A DNA stretch of 49,634 nt from an uncultured Fidelibacterota bacterium (GTDB taxonomy: Bacteria; Fidelibacterota; Marinisomatia; Marinisomatales; UBA1611): assembly GCA_902611135.1 (NCBI GenBank), contig CACLYL010000004.1, positions 1 to 49,634 on the forward strand. Direction: 5' to 3'. This document shows, in pieces, positions 10,652-24,245 of the stretch. The translations under genes were made by a program, and so were the position numbers. The notes below the pieces were generated by a model. That model saw only the letters and a program-made list of their open reading frames with translations, ran no database searches and was not told the DNA's origin. The stretch's first letter is position 1. Each line of letters starts with the position of its first letter.

Positions 10652-11076
10652 AAGATATCATGCAAATACATGCTATGAGGAAAGATAAAAATATGGATCA
10701 GAAGCCAGAGTAAGCTTATAATTCTTGCTGGAATAACTGTGATTGGATAATATTTTGATATGAGGTAACCAAAAACGGTTATTAATGGATCTGAAATAAA
10801 CCTATTTGCCCAAAACTCCACCCCCTGAAACCAATATTCAACTGATTCTCCTGCTAATCCCGTTTCTAAATAATGTTCTGCAGTCTCCCAAATATATGCT
10901 ATCAGAAGTACCAATATCATATCAAAGTAATAGCCTTTATCCGTATCTATCTTAAATTCATTTTTGATCATTTTTTTGTTAAAGTATATGGAAAAAGAAC
11001 CAATTGAAATACCGCTTAAAAGATGTTCAACGGTCCAAATGTCAAAAAAGGCAACAGTTTTTAAACCCCATATCAT
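10648..11076 (-). CDS. Small integral membrane protein (DUF2585/YjdF-like, putative metal-binding)
   Basis: About 4 TM segments; DIWTVEHLLSG, WETAEH and NRFISD motifs resemble D-W..-H / WE..E / D membrane families. Confidence 0.6.
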   Translation of the reverse strand: MIWGLKTVAFFDIWTVEHLLSGISIGSFSIYFNKKMIKNEFKIDTDKGYYFDMILVLLIAYIWETAEHYLETGLAGESVEYWFQGVEFWANRFISDPLITVFGYLISKYYPITVIPARIISLLWLLIHIFIFPHSMYLHDIF

Positions 11077-11171
11077 ATATTCGTTTCAATCTTCATATTT
11101 TACAACTTAATATCATTATTATAGAATAAACAATATTAATTTAATTGACCTGCCATAAGGGTATTTAGGAC

Positions 11172-12576
11172 TTGAAAAGTTCTATATTAACAACTCTAAT
11201 TTTTTCAATCAGCATTTTCTGTTCAATTTGTTTATCACAAAAAGATATTTATGAGGAACCAACATATTTTCGAAATAAAGTTGATAACAAATTAAAAATA
11301 AAGAGTAAATCCTCATTCCAAAGCTAATTAGAAATTGATGGTAAAGATTTTACTAAATACAAGTTTCAAGGAAAAAGTCATTACTACTTAAATCTTAAAG
11401 AGAGTACTAGAAAATCTATAGCAATAAAGTTAAATAATAAACTTGAATCTAAATTAAAATTTTTTGTTATTGATTTAAATCATAATGGATGGATTGGTCC
11501 TTATCAAAACCTTAACAAATTAAGTTTACCTAAAATAACGGATCGAATTAAGAGCAATTACATTTTATTAGAACTAATCCTAAAAGAGAATGAACAACTA
11601 ATAAATCCTTTTATCGATATTTTATATTTTGATAATTCGTCAAAACGAATTATCAATTCTTTTAAAAACAATAGGTGGAAGACTTTAAAAAGAGACCATC
11701 GTAGGAATATTTTTTTTCGTGAATATTGACCTCCAAGCAATGAGTGCATTCGTCCTTTCAGTCGAAATCAAGAACTAAATCCTGAAGGGTGGATTGGCCA
11801 AAATTGGGAAGGAAGTGGCTTTGATGTGGTATCCTACTTTCCAACCTTTTCTCCGGCAGATTGTAATAATTGTGGACAAGGCAATGGTGATTTACAAGTT
11901 GATTACCAATTAACATATGAAGACTGGTTGAATATCGTTGATTCAATACAGCCAATAGCAATCATAACGTTTAGTAGAGGAAGCATAGATAATACATGGG
12001 AATTTAAATGGAATTATTAAAATAGTATAAATTGGGTAGATGACTTTACACCTCCTTACCAACCAACGCCAGCACCTCCAGATTCTATATTAGAAGCTGT
12101 TTCGGCTAGATTCTCTATTCTTCCAAAGGACTCTATAGTCTCAAAAATTTATTCTTCAAATTTAGATATATATCCTTTTATCGATTATAACTTAGGTGCT
12201 GGTAATTACTTATCAGAGTTTATTGGTTATAATGGGGTTTGGTATAGAGATCTAAATATTAATGATACATTAAACATAAAGTTTATTAGCTGGGCATGTT
12301 CATGTGGAAGGTGTAATTCCTTGGGATACTGCTTTTGAGGGAGCAAAAATTAGTCTATAATCGGTCATTGAAAAACTAAATGATTTATTGCCTATAATAG
12401 GATATAAATATGGATGGAACAATTTCAATATTAGATATAATTCTATAGATTTCATTTTTAAGTGGGGATTACAATTTTAATGAAATTGAAAATCATAATG
12501 CAGATATAAATTTGGCCCTAGGACAGATATTTTTGATTTACTAATTTTATCGGATAATTTGTTGTTAGGCAGATAA
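11172..12576 (+). pseudogene. Degraded secreted pyroglutamyl-peptidase-I (C15)-like protein with C-terminal dockerin
   Basis: Manual reconstruction from TTG11172 (signal peptide). Premature stops at 11325, 11727, 12018, 12358 and 12446; frameshifts near 12285, 12400 and 12515. Reads EY*PPSNE...VDYQ...PIAIITFSRG...GAGNYLSEF...AGHVHV then DINMDGTISILDII...ADIN...DIFDL. Confidence 0.75.
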
Positions 12577-12583
12577 GATAATT

Positions 12584-13072
12584 TTAGTTTAATTTTTCAA
12601 AATATTCTCCACTCTTAATTGTCCCTTCTTTTAAAACTTTGCAGTACCACCCTCTACGATTTTTTAGTGTTTTTATGAAACTACCTATTTTTGATAAACC
12701 TACATAGTTCAAATTTTCTAATTTTTTACAAGGAGCACATACGAATGAGATTTGTAATTCAACATTTCCAATTTTATACTTATTGCCTGGTTTTAGGGAA
12801 TTGTAGTTTACATTATCTAAGGTTAGATTTTCTCCTAAGTCACCAGGCCTTACAGGCCAGCCTTCAAGTTGTAATTTATTTATAACATCCATAGACAATA
12901 TCATTATTGCCATATCAAGTGTATTTTTTTTTTTTAATTTTCTATAATTATTAAAATCTTTTTCGATTCCATCAAAGCTGATGATGCCTTCTGAAACACT
13001 CTCTTTTGGCAAACCGATACCATCTTGAGTATTCGGTTTCACATTTATTTGATATACTTTTGATTTTAACAT
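12584..13072 (-). CDS. MOSC domain protein (YiiM-like)
   Basis: PGDLGENLT, CAPCKKL and RRGWYCKVLKEGTIKSG motifs. Confidence 0.9.
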   Translation of the reverse strand: MLKSKVYQINVKPNTQDGIGLPKESVSEGIISFDGIEKDFNNYRKLKKKNTLDMAIMILSMDVINKLQLEGWPVRPGDLGENLTLDNVNYNSLKPGNKYKIGNVELQISFVCAPCKKLENLNYVGLSKIGSFIKTLKNRRGWYCKVLKEGTIKSGEYFEKLN

Positions 13073-13119
13073 ATAAAAATTTAATTCAATAAACTATAAA
13101 TAAAATTGTAAAATTAATT

Positions 13120-13923
13120 ATGGATTATTTCCTGAAAAAATTAATAAAAAGAGATAATATTCGTCTTTTCATTCTTAAATGTCATTTATTATTAGGATTT
13201 ATTTTTATATTTAATAATATGGTATTTGGAATAAATGGTTTGGGCGTTAATAGTGGCTTTACATACTTTGACGTCAAAACATCTTTAGATTCTAAAATAT
13301 TCAAAAAACAGGAATTGGTAGGATACCTGACAAATCATGGATTTAAAAACGGACTAAATCATGGATGTTATTTCTATTACGAGTATAACAATTATGAATT
13401 TGAAACGGAAATAAACATATTAACCAAGAAATACAGTTTTTCATTTAAAAATCAGCTTCATAACTCAAACACTCAAACAAAAATTTACAATACTAACTTT
13501 AAACTAGAAAATATATTATTAAATGTAGTAAAGCCTTTTACGCTTTTAAATATTAAAAAAGTAATTCAATCTGATTTTTTATTAGGGTTTGGATTAGGAA
13601 TGAGTCGTACAACACCAATCGTCTATAATTTTTTTTTAAATCAATATGATAATTTTTTTATATTTGATGTTAATGGTGATCCTGACCTGTCAAATGGTAC
13701 ATTGTCTTTAAAGACATTAAACAGAAGGTTAAATATATTAAAGACTGAAAATATAGCTTACTCGGTAAATGGTCAGATAGGTTTTAAGGTTAGAATGTTT
13801 AACATAGAAACTTCAAGCTTTTTTAGATACACATTCTTAACGCAGACTACAAATAAAAGAGACTTGATACATGAGCTAAAAGGATTTGGAACATTACTTA
13901 TGAGGTTGGGGATATACTTTTAA
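13120..13923 (+). CDS. Hypothetical outer-membrane beta-barrel-like protein
   Basis: Signal-like N-terminus, amphipathic strands (LLGFGLGMS, VNGQIGFKVR), C-terminal Phe (RLGIYF). Confidence 0.55.
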   Translation: MDYFLKKLIKRDNIRLFILKCHLLLGFIFIFNNMVFGINGLGVNSGFTYFDVKTSLDSKIFKKQELVGYLTNHGFKNGLNHGCYFYYEYNNYEFETEINILTKKYSFSFKNQLHNSNTQTKIYNTNFKLENILLNVVKPFTLLNIKKVIQSDFLLGFGLGMSRTTPIVYNFFLNQYDNFFIFDVNGDPDLSNGTLSLKTLNRRLNILKTENIAYSVNGQIGFKVRMFNIETSSFFRYTFLTQTTNKRDLIHELKGFGTLLMRLGIYF

Positions 13924-14091
13924 TTTTAAAAAATTTGTTACCACTTTAATTAATCTTTGATAAGAGCTACAAACCCTTGTTAAAAAGGTTTTTTCTTTTA
14001 TATATTTAAAAGCTGTTACAAAAAAATTTAAACATTTATGGTTTCTAAAAAATTTGTTAAAATGAAAAAGGAATTAAAATAGAGATAAAAG

Positions 14092-14454
14092 ATGGCAAAA
14101 AAGAAAAAAAATATTATTGAAGAAGAATACGATATCTATGATGATATCAAACTAGCAAAACGGAAAACCATTACTAATGGTGAAAAGTATAACTTTTACA
14201 TATTTGACATGCTTGCAATTGAAAAGGAATTATCCAATGGTAAATATGGTAAAGGAGATACGACTATTAGTATTATGAAAGATTTTAAGCTTATGGATGA
14301 AGAGACTGGTGAGATGCTTGATGTAAAATTGCGTTGCTCCAAGAAAATTAATGATGGGTTAGAATTAGAAATGCCAGAAGCAGAGGAAGTATTTGAAAAA
14401 TGTATTAAAAAGCTTGAAGAAATGGGACTAACCAATACAGCTGAAGGAGAATAA
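14092..14454 (+). CDS. Hypothetical cytoplasmic charged protein
   Basis: 120-aa ATG ORF with protein-like composition and a purine-rich upstream sequence; no motif recognised. Confidence 0.7.
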   Translation: MAKKKKNIIEEEYDIYDDIKLAKRKTITNGEKYNFYIFDMLAIEKELSNGKYGKGDTTISIMKDFKLMDEETGEMLDVKLRCSKKINDGLELEMPEAEEVFEKCIKKLEEMGLTNTAEGE

Positions 14455-14537
14455 TTTTGCAGATACTTTTCTTGGTTTAGAGATACTCAATTAAAAATTT
14501 CATTTTTCATGAGCAAAGTTATACAGTTAATTATTTA

Positions 14538-14747
14538 ATGGCATACATATACATAGTTATCTTATCTTTTTTATTGTATTGTATTTTTTACATTTACAAG
14601 TTTATCATAATAAATAAAAGTGAAGTAAAGTTAATTTTTCAAAGAGCATTTTTTTTTCGCACAAATCCATATATTAGAAAAACAATAATTATCTCGTCAT
14701 TAAAATTATTATTTAGGCTTATTAGAAAGTTTATCATAAAATATTAA
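14538..14747 (+). CDS. Small hypothetical membrane protein
   Basis: 69 aa, N-terminal TM followed by a basic tail; fills the gap before the GNAT gene (17 nt spacing). Very AT-rich, so it could be spurious. Confidence 0.45.
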   Translation: MAYIYIVILSFLLYCIFYIYKFIIINKSEVKLIFQRAFFFRTNPYIRKTIIISSLKLLFRLIRKFIIKY

Positions 14748-14764
14748 ATAAGAAAGATTCATAT

Positions 14765-15253
14765 ATGAATTTTTCATATAGAGATATAAATAATAATGAT
14801 TTTAAAGAAATAATTGCCCTTAACACAAAATTTGAGTCTTATCTTAGTCCTCTAGATAACTCAAAGCTATTATTCCTTTTAAGAGAATCTAGTTTTGCTA
14901 AGTCAATTAGATTTAAACAAAGGTTAATCGGATTTTTGATAACTATTCCTCCTAATTCAGTCTATGATAGTATTTATTATAATTGGTTTAACAAAAAGTA
15001 TAATTCTTTTATCTATATTGATAGAGTATGTATATCAAATGAATTTCAAAGGTATGGATTAGGTCAACATTTTTACAATGAAGTTAAAAGTAACTTTAAA
15101 AAGATGACTAAAAGAATGGTTTGTGAGGTAAACATATTTCCAAAAAACAAAATATCGGAGTCATTTCACATGTGGTATGGATTTAAACAAGTAGGAAAAC
15201 TAAAATCTAAAAATTCTTTAAAAGTAGTTTCATTAAAGTCCTATGAATTTTAA
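14765..15253 (+). CDS. GNAT family N-acetyltransferase
   Basis: FIYIDRVCIS...QRYGLG acetyl-CoA motif A; CEVN..PKNKISESFH..YGF. Confidence 0.9.
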   Translation: MNFSYRDINNNDFKEIIALNTKFESYLSPLDNSKLLFLLRESSFAKSIRFKQRLIGFLITIPPNSVYDSIYYNWFNKKYNSFIYIDRVCISNEFQRYGLGQHFYNEVKSNFKKMTKRMVCEVNIFPKNKISESFHMWYGFKQVGKLKSKNSLKVVSLKSYEF

Positions 15254-15303
15254 AAACATTATTTTTTAAATTAAGCATCTAAAGTTTCTCAAAAAAGATA
15301 GAA

Positions 15304-16020
15304 ATGAACTCTAAGAAAGAAAATCCAATATTTAGTATTACTTTAAATCTTATTTTGCCGGTTATTATCCTAAAAAAAGGAGATAGTTGGATTGGTGCAG
15401 ATATACAATTATTTGGATTAGAATCCTCGATGCTGGTTTTAATAATGGCGTTATTATTTCCCATAATTTATTTTTTAAATGACTTCATCAAGAATTCAAG
15501 AACAAATTTTATATCAATTTTGGGTTTTGTTAATATTCTTCTTACTGGTTTGATTGGTATACTAGGAGAAAAATTTGGTATCTCTAAAAATTGGTTTATA
15601 ATAAAAGAGTCCATTATTCCATTAGCAATAGGTATTTTAATTTTAGTTTCTATGAACTCTAAATCACCACTTGTAAAAACAATAATATTTAATGATTCGG
15701 TTTTTAATATTGCTAAGATAAATCAACACATTAAAGAAGAAAAAATAAGTATTTTTGATGAAATTTTTAGGAATTCTACTTATCTGATAAGTGGTAGCTT
15801 TTTTTTAAGTTCAGTTATTCAATTTTTTTTGGCAAGAATTATCATCACCGTTGATCCAGGACATGCAGACTTTAACGATCAAGTAGGTACAATGACATGG
15901 ATGAGTTATTTTATTGTAATGATCCCCTGTATGTCAATGTTTGGTTACGCAATCTATAAGATCATGAATGGAATAACAGAAATAACTGGATTAAAGCGCG
16001 AAGAAATTCTAAATAGTTAA
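15304..16020 (+). CDS. VC0807-family integral membrane protein
   Basis: NLILPVIIL, NFISILG..NILLTG.IG, WFIIKE..IP, GSFFLS and FNDQVG motifs; about 6 TM segments. Confidence 0.75.
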   Translation: MNSKKENPIFSITLNLILPVIILKKGDSWIGADIQLFGLESSMLVLIMALLFPIIYFLNDFIKNSRTNFISILGFVNILLTGLIGILGEKFGISKNWFIIKESIIPLAIGILILVSMNSKSPLVKTIIFNDSVFNIAKINQHIKEEKISIFDEIFRNSTYLISGSFFLSSVIQFFLARIIITVDPGHADFNDQVGTMTWMSYFIVMIPCMSMFGYAIYKIMNGITEITGLKREEILNS

Positions 16021-16023
16021 ACG

Positions 16024-17121
16024 TTGGTCGATATTTTAGATAAAGTAAAATTTAAAAAAATTATTCATATTGATATGGATGCTTTTTATACCTCAGTTGA
16101 ACAATTAGATGATCAAGGTTTAAAGGGAAAACCTGTTGTTGTTGGTGGAGATTCTGAAAGAGGCGTTATAGCAGCAGCTTCATATGAGGCAAGATCTTTT
16201 GGAATTAAGTCTGCAATGTCTTCAAGCTTGGCAAAAAAGAAGTGTGTCAATTTAATCTTCATAAAACCTAGATTTTATAGATACAAAGAAATTTCAGAAA
16301 AGGTTCGATCCATTTTTTATAAGTATACAAATTTGGTTGAACCATTATCATTAGACGAGGCTTTTTTAGATGTTACCAAAAATAAATTGAACCTTCCTTA
16401 CGCATCCAAAATTGCTCTATTAATTAGAAAAGAGATTCAAACAGATGTTGGTTTAACAGCGTCAGCAGGTATATCCATAAATAAGTTTACTGCTAAGGTA
16501 GCAACTGAAATAAATAAACCAAATGGTCAAAAAACCATTCTTCCTGAAAATGTTGGTCCCTTTTTAGAAAGTCTGCCTATAGAGAAATTTTTTGGCATCG
16601 GAAAAGTCACCTCAAAAAAAATGATAAAGCTAGGTATAATGAATGGTTATGATCTTAAAATGAAATCTTTAGAATTTTTAAAAAAGAACTTTGGAAAACA
16701 AGGTGCATCTTTTTTTAATATTGTCAGGGGTATACAAAACAGTCCTGTTAATCCAAATAGAATTAGAAAATCAATAGGCGCAGAAAGAACATTTTCTAGA
16801 AATCTTTCTTCAATTCAGTACATGCTTGAGAAACTAAATGATATTTCAAATGAATTGGAAAAAAGAATAAAAAGGTTTAATAAAAGGGCAAGAACAATTA
16901 CTCTTAAAATTAAATATAATGATTTTTCCATACAAACTCGGTCAAAAACGGTTGACCGAGGCTTTTCAAATAAATCTGACTTTTTTCCTATAATTGAACA
17001 ATTAATTAATAAAAATAATATACATAAACCCGTAAGATTATTAGGTATATCTGTTAGTAACTTTGAAAACTGGCCGCAAAATAATGATCGAATTAATATT
17101 CAATGTAGTTTTGATTTTTAA
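16024..17121 (+). CDS. dinB: DNA polymerase IV
   Basis: IIHIDMDAFYTSVEQ, AASYEAR, SLDEAFLD, KPNG and RKSIGAERTF motifs. Confidence 0.97.
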   Translation: MVDILDKVKFKKIIHIDMDAFYTSVEQLDDQGLKGKPVVVGGDSERGVIAAASYEARSFGIKSAMSSSLAKKKCVNLIFIKPRFYRYKEISEKVRSIFYKYTNLVEPLSLDEAFLDVTKNKLNLPYASKIALLIRKEIQTDVGLTASAGISINKFTAKVATEINKPNGQKTILPENVGPFLESLPIEKFFGIGKVTSKKMIKLGIMNGYDLKMKSLEFLKKNFGKQGASFFNIVRGIQNSPVNPNRIRKSIGAERTFSRNLSSIQYMLEKLNDISNELEKRIKRFNKRARTITLKIKYNDFSIQTRSKTVDRGFSNKSDFFPIIEQLINKNNIHKPVRLLGISVSNFENWPQNNDRINIQCSFDF

Positions 17122-17153
17122 TTGGTAATATTTAAGGTTCAAATTTTATTTTT

Positions 17154-18587
17154 ATGTATCTAAAACATATTTTAGTTTTTTTATTTTCAGTATGGCTATT
17201 GTTGATAGCTGATGATCATGCTATTAGATTTGATGGAATAAATGATCACATCATAATATCAGATCATCCGGATCTTGACCTTACCTCATCCTACACCCTA
17301 GAGGCCTGGATATTTCCAGAATCATTCTCCTGGCTCTCTGGCATCATATCGAAATATCATACCAGTGGATCAAATGGATACATGCTTCGATTAAGCCAAA
17401 ATGCACCCTATAATGGTATTGGTTTTGATGAACAAGAGACCAGTAACGGTGTTTTAAATGAAAGCCAGTGGTATCACCTAGCTGCAGTTAAAGATGGAAA
17501 TAGCAGAAGATTATATATAAATGGTATAGAAACTAATTTATCGGGTAATGGTTTAAATGTTAATTCAAACAGTGACCCTTTAAGGATTGCTTCCGATTAT
17601 GCAGGTCGCTTTTTTGATGGTAAAATAGATGAAATTAGGATATGGTCTAATGCTCGTAGTGAAGAAGAAGTAAATACCTATATGGACTCATCACTTACGG
17701 GTTCTGAAACTGGACTTGTTGCTTATTATAATTTTAACACTGGAATAGGTGATACACTTTTTGATCTGTCAAATAATGAGCATCATGGAACCTTGATTGG
17801 AGGTCCAGAGTGGGTGGATGGTATCACAATAAATAGTATATTAGGAGATATAAATTTTGATGAGGTCCTTAATATCTATGATGCTGTTCAACTTGTTTCT
17901 ATATTATTGGATAATGCATTAGCAAATGAACAACAGCTTAATGCATGTGATACGAATCAAGATGGTTTAATTGATATTTCAGATGTCATTCATCTGGTTC
18001 AATGGATTTTAAATCTAGACATGAGCAATTACTCCAATCTTCAACAAGTTATTGTTCAACAAGATCAAAATCACGTTGTTATCAGTTCTAGTGGTGATAT
18101 AGCTGGCTTCGTCTTAACCTTTTCCGACGACTTAAAAAGCAATGAATTTATAGAACTACCTGATGGCTGGACGCATAAAATATCAGGGAAAAAATTGGTA
18201 GCATTCAGTATGGATGGAAGTTCATTGCCGCTAAATTATAATATAGAGTTAAAACAACCCTCTATCATCAATAAAGTTATTGCTTCTGGATGGAATGGAG
18301 AAACTCAGTCAGAATTAGTTAGTCCGCATAATTACGCTATTGCCTCCTATCCCAACCCATTCAATAATAGATGTATCATTAGGTATACAAAACCACATGA
18401 CGGAGATACTATCCTGAATATTTTTGATGTGAACGGAAGAGAAGTAGAAAATTACATTCTAGGGTTTCAATACAAAGGTTTGCATGAATTTCATTGGCAA
18501 CCTAACAATATTGGATCTGGTGTATATTTTATTTCTTTAGAAAATGATATAAAAGTCAACGCAATAAAAGTCGTCTTTTTAAAATGA
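17154..18587 (+). CDS. Secreted LamG-like jellyroll + dockerin + T9SS-type C-terminal sorting domain protein
   Basis: FDGINDHI, TLEAWI, WYHLAAV, FDGKIDEIRIW and GLVAYYNF (LamG); GDINFDEVLNIYD...DTNQDGLIDISD (dockerin); YPNPFN...GSGVYFI CTD. Confidence 0.88.
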   Translation: MYLKHILVFLFSVWLLLIADDHAIRFDGINDHIIISDHPDLDLTSSYTLEAWIFPESFSWLSGIISKYHTSGSNGYMLRLSQNAPYNGIGFDEQETSNGVLNESQWYHLAAVKDGNSRRLYINGIETNLSGNGLNVNSNSDPLRIASDYAGRFFDGKIDEIRIWSNARSEEEVNTYMDSSLTGSETGLVAYYNFNTGIGDTLFDLSNNEHHGTLIGGPEWVDGITINSILGDINFDEVLNIYDAVQLVSILLDNALANEQQLNACDTNQDGLIDISDVIHLVQWILNLDMSNYSNLQQVIVQQDQNHVVISSSGDIAGFVLTFSDDLKSNEFIELPDGWTHKISGKKLVAFSMDGSSLPLNYNIELKQPSIINKVIASGWNGETQSELVSPHNYAIASYPNPFNNRCIIRYTKPHDGDTILNIFDVNGREVENYILGFQYKGLHEFHWQPNNIGSGVYFISLENDIKVNAIKVVFLK

Positions 18588-20275
18588 TAAAATACATCAT
18601 TCCATTAATTTTATTCTTTAAGAGTATGATATTTGCCGATACGACTATAATTGTTCTTGAACAGTTTCATCAATTTTTTGGTAATTCAGGAAATATGCGG
18701 ACCTATGTTGATACAATTAATTTTCCTGAAAATAATCTCTCATATTCAGAAATTTTTATGAATGTATCTCTAGATTGTCCTACTGGTGGATGCGATCCAT
18801 GGGACCGTAAGGCAAACATACAAATTAAACAGTTTGGTGAATGGTTTGAAATTGGACGTTATGTAACTCCTTACGGTATTGGCTGCAACTGGGTTTTTGA
18901 TGTAACGGATTACAGATCAATCTTAAAAGGCGAAAAAGAAATTAAATCCTACATAGATACTTGGGTTCAACCTGGGTGGCTTGTTACCATTGAATTTAAC
19001 TTTATTTCAGGTCAACCTTTTACACCAAATACAGTAGTAAGGAATGTATGGAATTATGATTATATGGTTTATGGTGATGAATCAAATCCTCCTAATATTG
19101 AGACGATACATGAATATATTCCAGAGGATGTTCAATTTGCAAAACTTAGAATAACCACCACTGGACATGGTCAAGGAAATACTGAAAATGCAGCTGAATT
19201 TTCTTATAAAATTCATGACATCCTTATTGATGACCAAAACGCTTTTTTGCATGACTTTTGGAGAAATGATTGCGAACTTAATTCTTGTTCTCCTCAATTT
19301 GGAACCTGGCAATTTGATAGAGCAGGATTTTGTCCGGGTGATAAAGTTTTCTGGGATGATTTTAATTTATTGAACTTATACACACCTGGAGAGATGATTT
19401 CATTAGATTATGAACTAGAAGACTATTTAAATGAATGTAGTCCAAACAATAGTGATTGCGTTGATGGTCAAACATGCACTTCATGTGATTATAACAACAA
19501 TGGTCATACTGAACCATTCTATTTTATAAGTTCGCAATTAATATATTACACCGAAGGTTATCATTCAAATGCAGATACGTACCTCTACCTAAATGATCAA
19601 GATAGTTTAAATAATCAAATAAAAATTTATTTTGAAAATTATGTACCTGCTTATGGAATCCAGCTTACACTAGATATAAGTAATCTTGCTGGATCAAATT
19701 TACAGGACATAGAATTTTATTCATCAGCGGGGGGTAGGGGTGAAGATAATGGTTGGACATTTTCAATAAATAACGAGGGTATGTTAATTGGTTTGTCTCA
19801 AGATTTAGGAACCCCACTGTTGCCTGGAGAAGGCCTTCTAACTGTTGTAGAATGGAATGGTAATACTATATCAAATTTAAGTGGTGAAATAGGCATTGTT
19901 GATTCAGAGGTCTCTGGTTACTTTGGATCGACATTATCAAATGAAATTGGACCAGATATTAACCTTGACCAAAACCTAAGTGTACAAGAAGAGAAAGAAT
20001 CCCGTAAAAGAAAGTTGAAATTAAATAATCCCTATCCCAACCCATTCAATCCAACGATAAAAGGTGACTTTTTTATAGATAATAGTATGATAATAAATTT
20101 ATCTATTTATAATCTAAAGGGGGAACTTGTGGATAAAATATTTTCTGGTGAAATGTTTAATTCAGGAAATCATCAGTATTCATGGAATGCTGAAAAAATA
20201 CCAAATGGCGTTTACATTGTAAGATTGGAAACTGACTATGATACTAAGAATAAAAAGATTATTTTACTAAAATAA
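18584..20275 (+). CDS. Peptide-N-glycosidase F-like protein with cohesin-like domain and T9SS-type CTD
   Basis: CDPWDR, EIGRYVTPYG, DVTDY, TGHG...AAEF and GTWQFDRAGFCPG PNGase F motifs; YPNPFNP CTD; ATGA overlap with the upstream gene. Confidence 0.85.
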   Translation: MIKYIIPLILFFKSMIFADTTIIVLEQFHQFFGNSGNMRTYVDTINFPENNLSYSEIFMNVSLDCPTGGCDPWDRKANIQIKQFGEWFEIGRYVTPYGIGCNWVFDVTDYRSILKGEKEIKSYIDTWVQPGWLVTIEFNFISGQPFTPNTVVRNVWNYDYMVYGDESNPPNIETIHEYIPEDVQFAKLRITTTGHGQGNTENAAEFSYKIHDILIDDQNAFLHDFWRNDCELNSCSPQFGTWQFDRAGFCPGDKVFWDDFNLLNLYTPGEMISLDYELEDYLNECSPNNSDCVDGQTCTSCDYNNNGHTEPFYFISSQLIYYTEGYHSNADTYLYLNDQDSLNNQIKIYFENYVPAYGIQLTLDISNLAGSNLQDIEFYSSAGGRGEDNGWTFSINNEGMLIGLSQDLGTPLLPGEGLLTVVEWNGNTISNLSGEIGIVDSEVSGYFGSTLSNEIGPDINLDQNLSVQEEKESRKRKLKLNNPYPNPFNPTIKGDFFIDNSMIINLSIYNLKGELVDKIFSGEMFNSGNHQYSWNAEKIPNGVYIVRLETDYDTKNKKIILLK

Positions 20276-20276
20276 T

Positions 20277-20831
20277 ATGATTAGGGTAGATTATTTATTC
20301 AAGATTTTCATTGTTACTTTCTCATTAACCTTTGGTCAAATCTTTAATCCCGAAACAGGTCAAAAAATTGAACCAACTTTTGATTCAAATACAGGAATTT
20401 TCCTAAAATCGGATAGTTCACAAAATATTTATGTTCCTTTAATAAGCAATATAAGTTTTGATCGAAATTATTTTCAACGAACCATTTACCGTAAAGATGG
20501 CTTTGGGGGACCCTACTATATTGAATATGGAAAGAAAATATCTACACGAAGTCTATTAGGTAGATTTGATACTTATGATGCCTCAAATGAGGTTAATAGA
20601 CAAATAAGAAGAAATAAAAACCTTTCTTTGCTAGGTGGAATATTAATCTTGACGAGCCCATTTTCGGGTTTAGTATTGGATTGGCCAAGTTTGTCTGTAA
20701 TCCAATTTTACGGAGGTACTTTTTTTCTCATAAAAGGATCTATAAATGTAGCTAATTTATTACATAAAGGAATCTGGATATTTAACAGGGAAACAGTAAA
20801 AGAATATTTCCAACATAAAATAAAAAAATAG
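20277..20831 (+). CDS. Hypothetical secreted/membrane protein
   Basis: Signal peptide, FNPETG/FDSNTG micro-repeat, C-terminal hydrophobic hairpin; 1-nt spacing from the upstream stop. Confidence 0.65.
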   Translation: MIRVDYLFKIFIVTFSLTFGQIFNPETGQKIEPTFDSNTGIFLKSDSSQNIYVPLISNISFDRNYFQRTIYRKDGFGGPYYIEYGKKISTRSLLGRFDTYDASNEVNRQIRRNKNLSLLGGILILTSPFSGLVLDWPSLSVIQFYGGTFFLIKGSINVANLLHKGIWIFNRETVKEYFQHKIKK

Positions 20832-20890
20832 ATTTGTATAATTATTGAGCAAATGATATAATTAAATTGTAATTATCATCTTAACAATAA

Positions 20891-24205
<3,315 letters not shown>

Positions 24206-24245
24206 AATATTTTTGCAATTACATACTTTATTTTGATTTAATAGA

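Noticed and set aside
11727-11729. In-frame TGA at an apparent Trp position, suggesting stop-codon recoding (code 4/25) or selenocysteine
   Set aside because: The same gene has TAA/TAG stops and frameshifts, other genes terminate at TGA, and Trp is TGG throughout; this is pseudogene decay.
13970-13995. Possible terminator hairpin aaaccctt-gttaaa-aaggtttttt
   Set aside because: Short, bulged, AT-rich stem; too weak to call.
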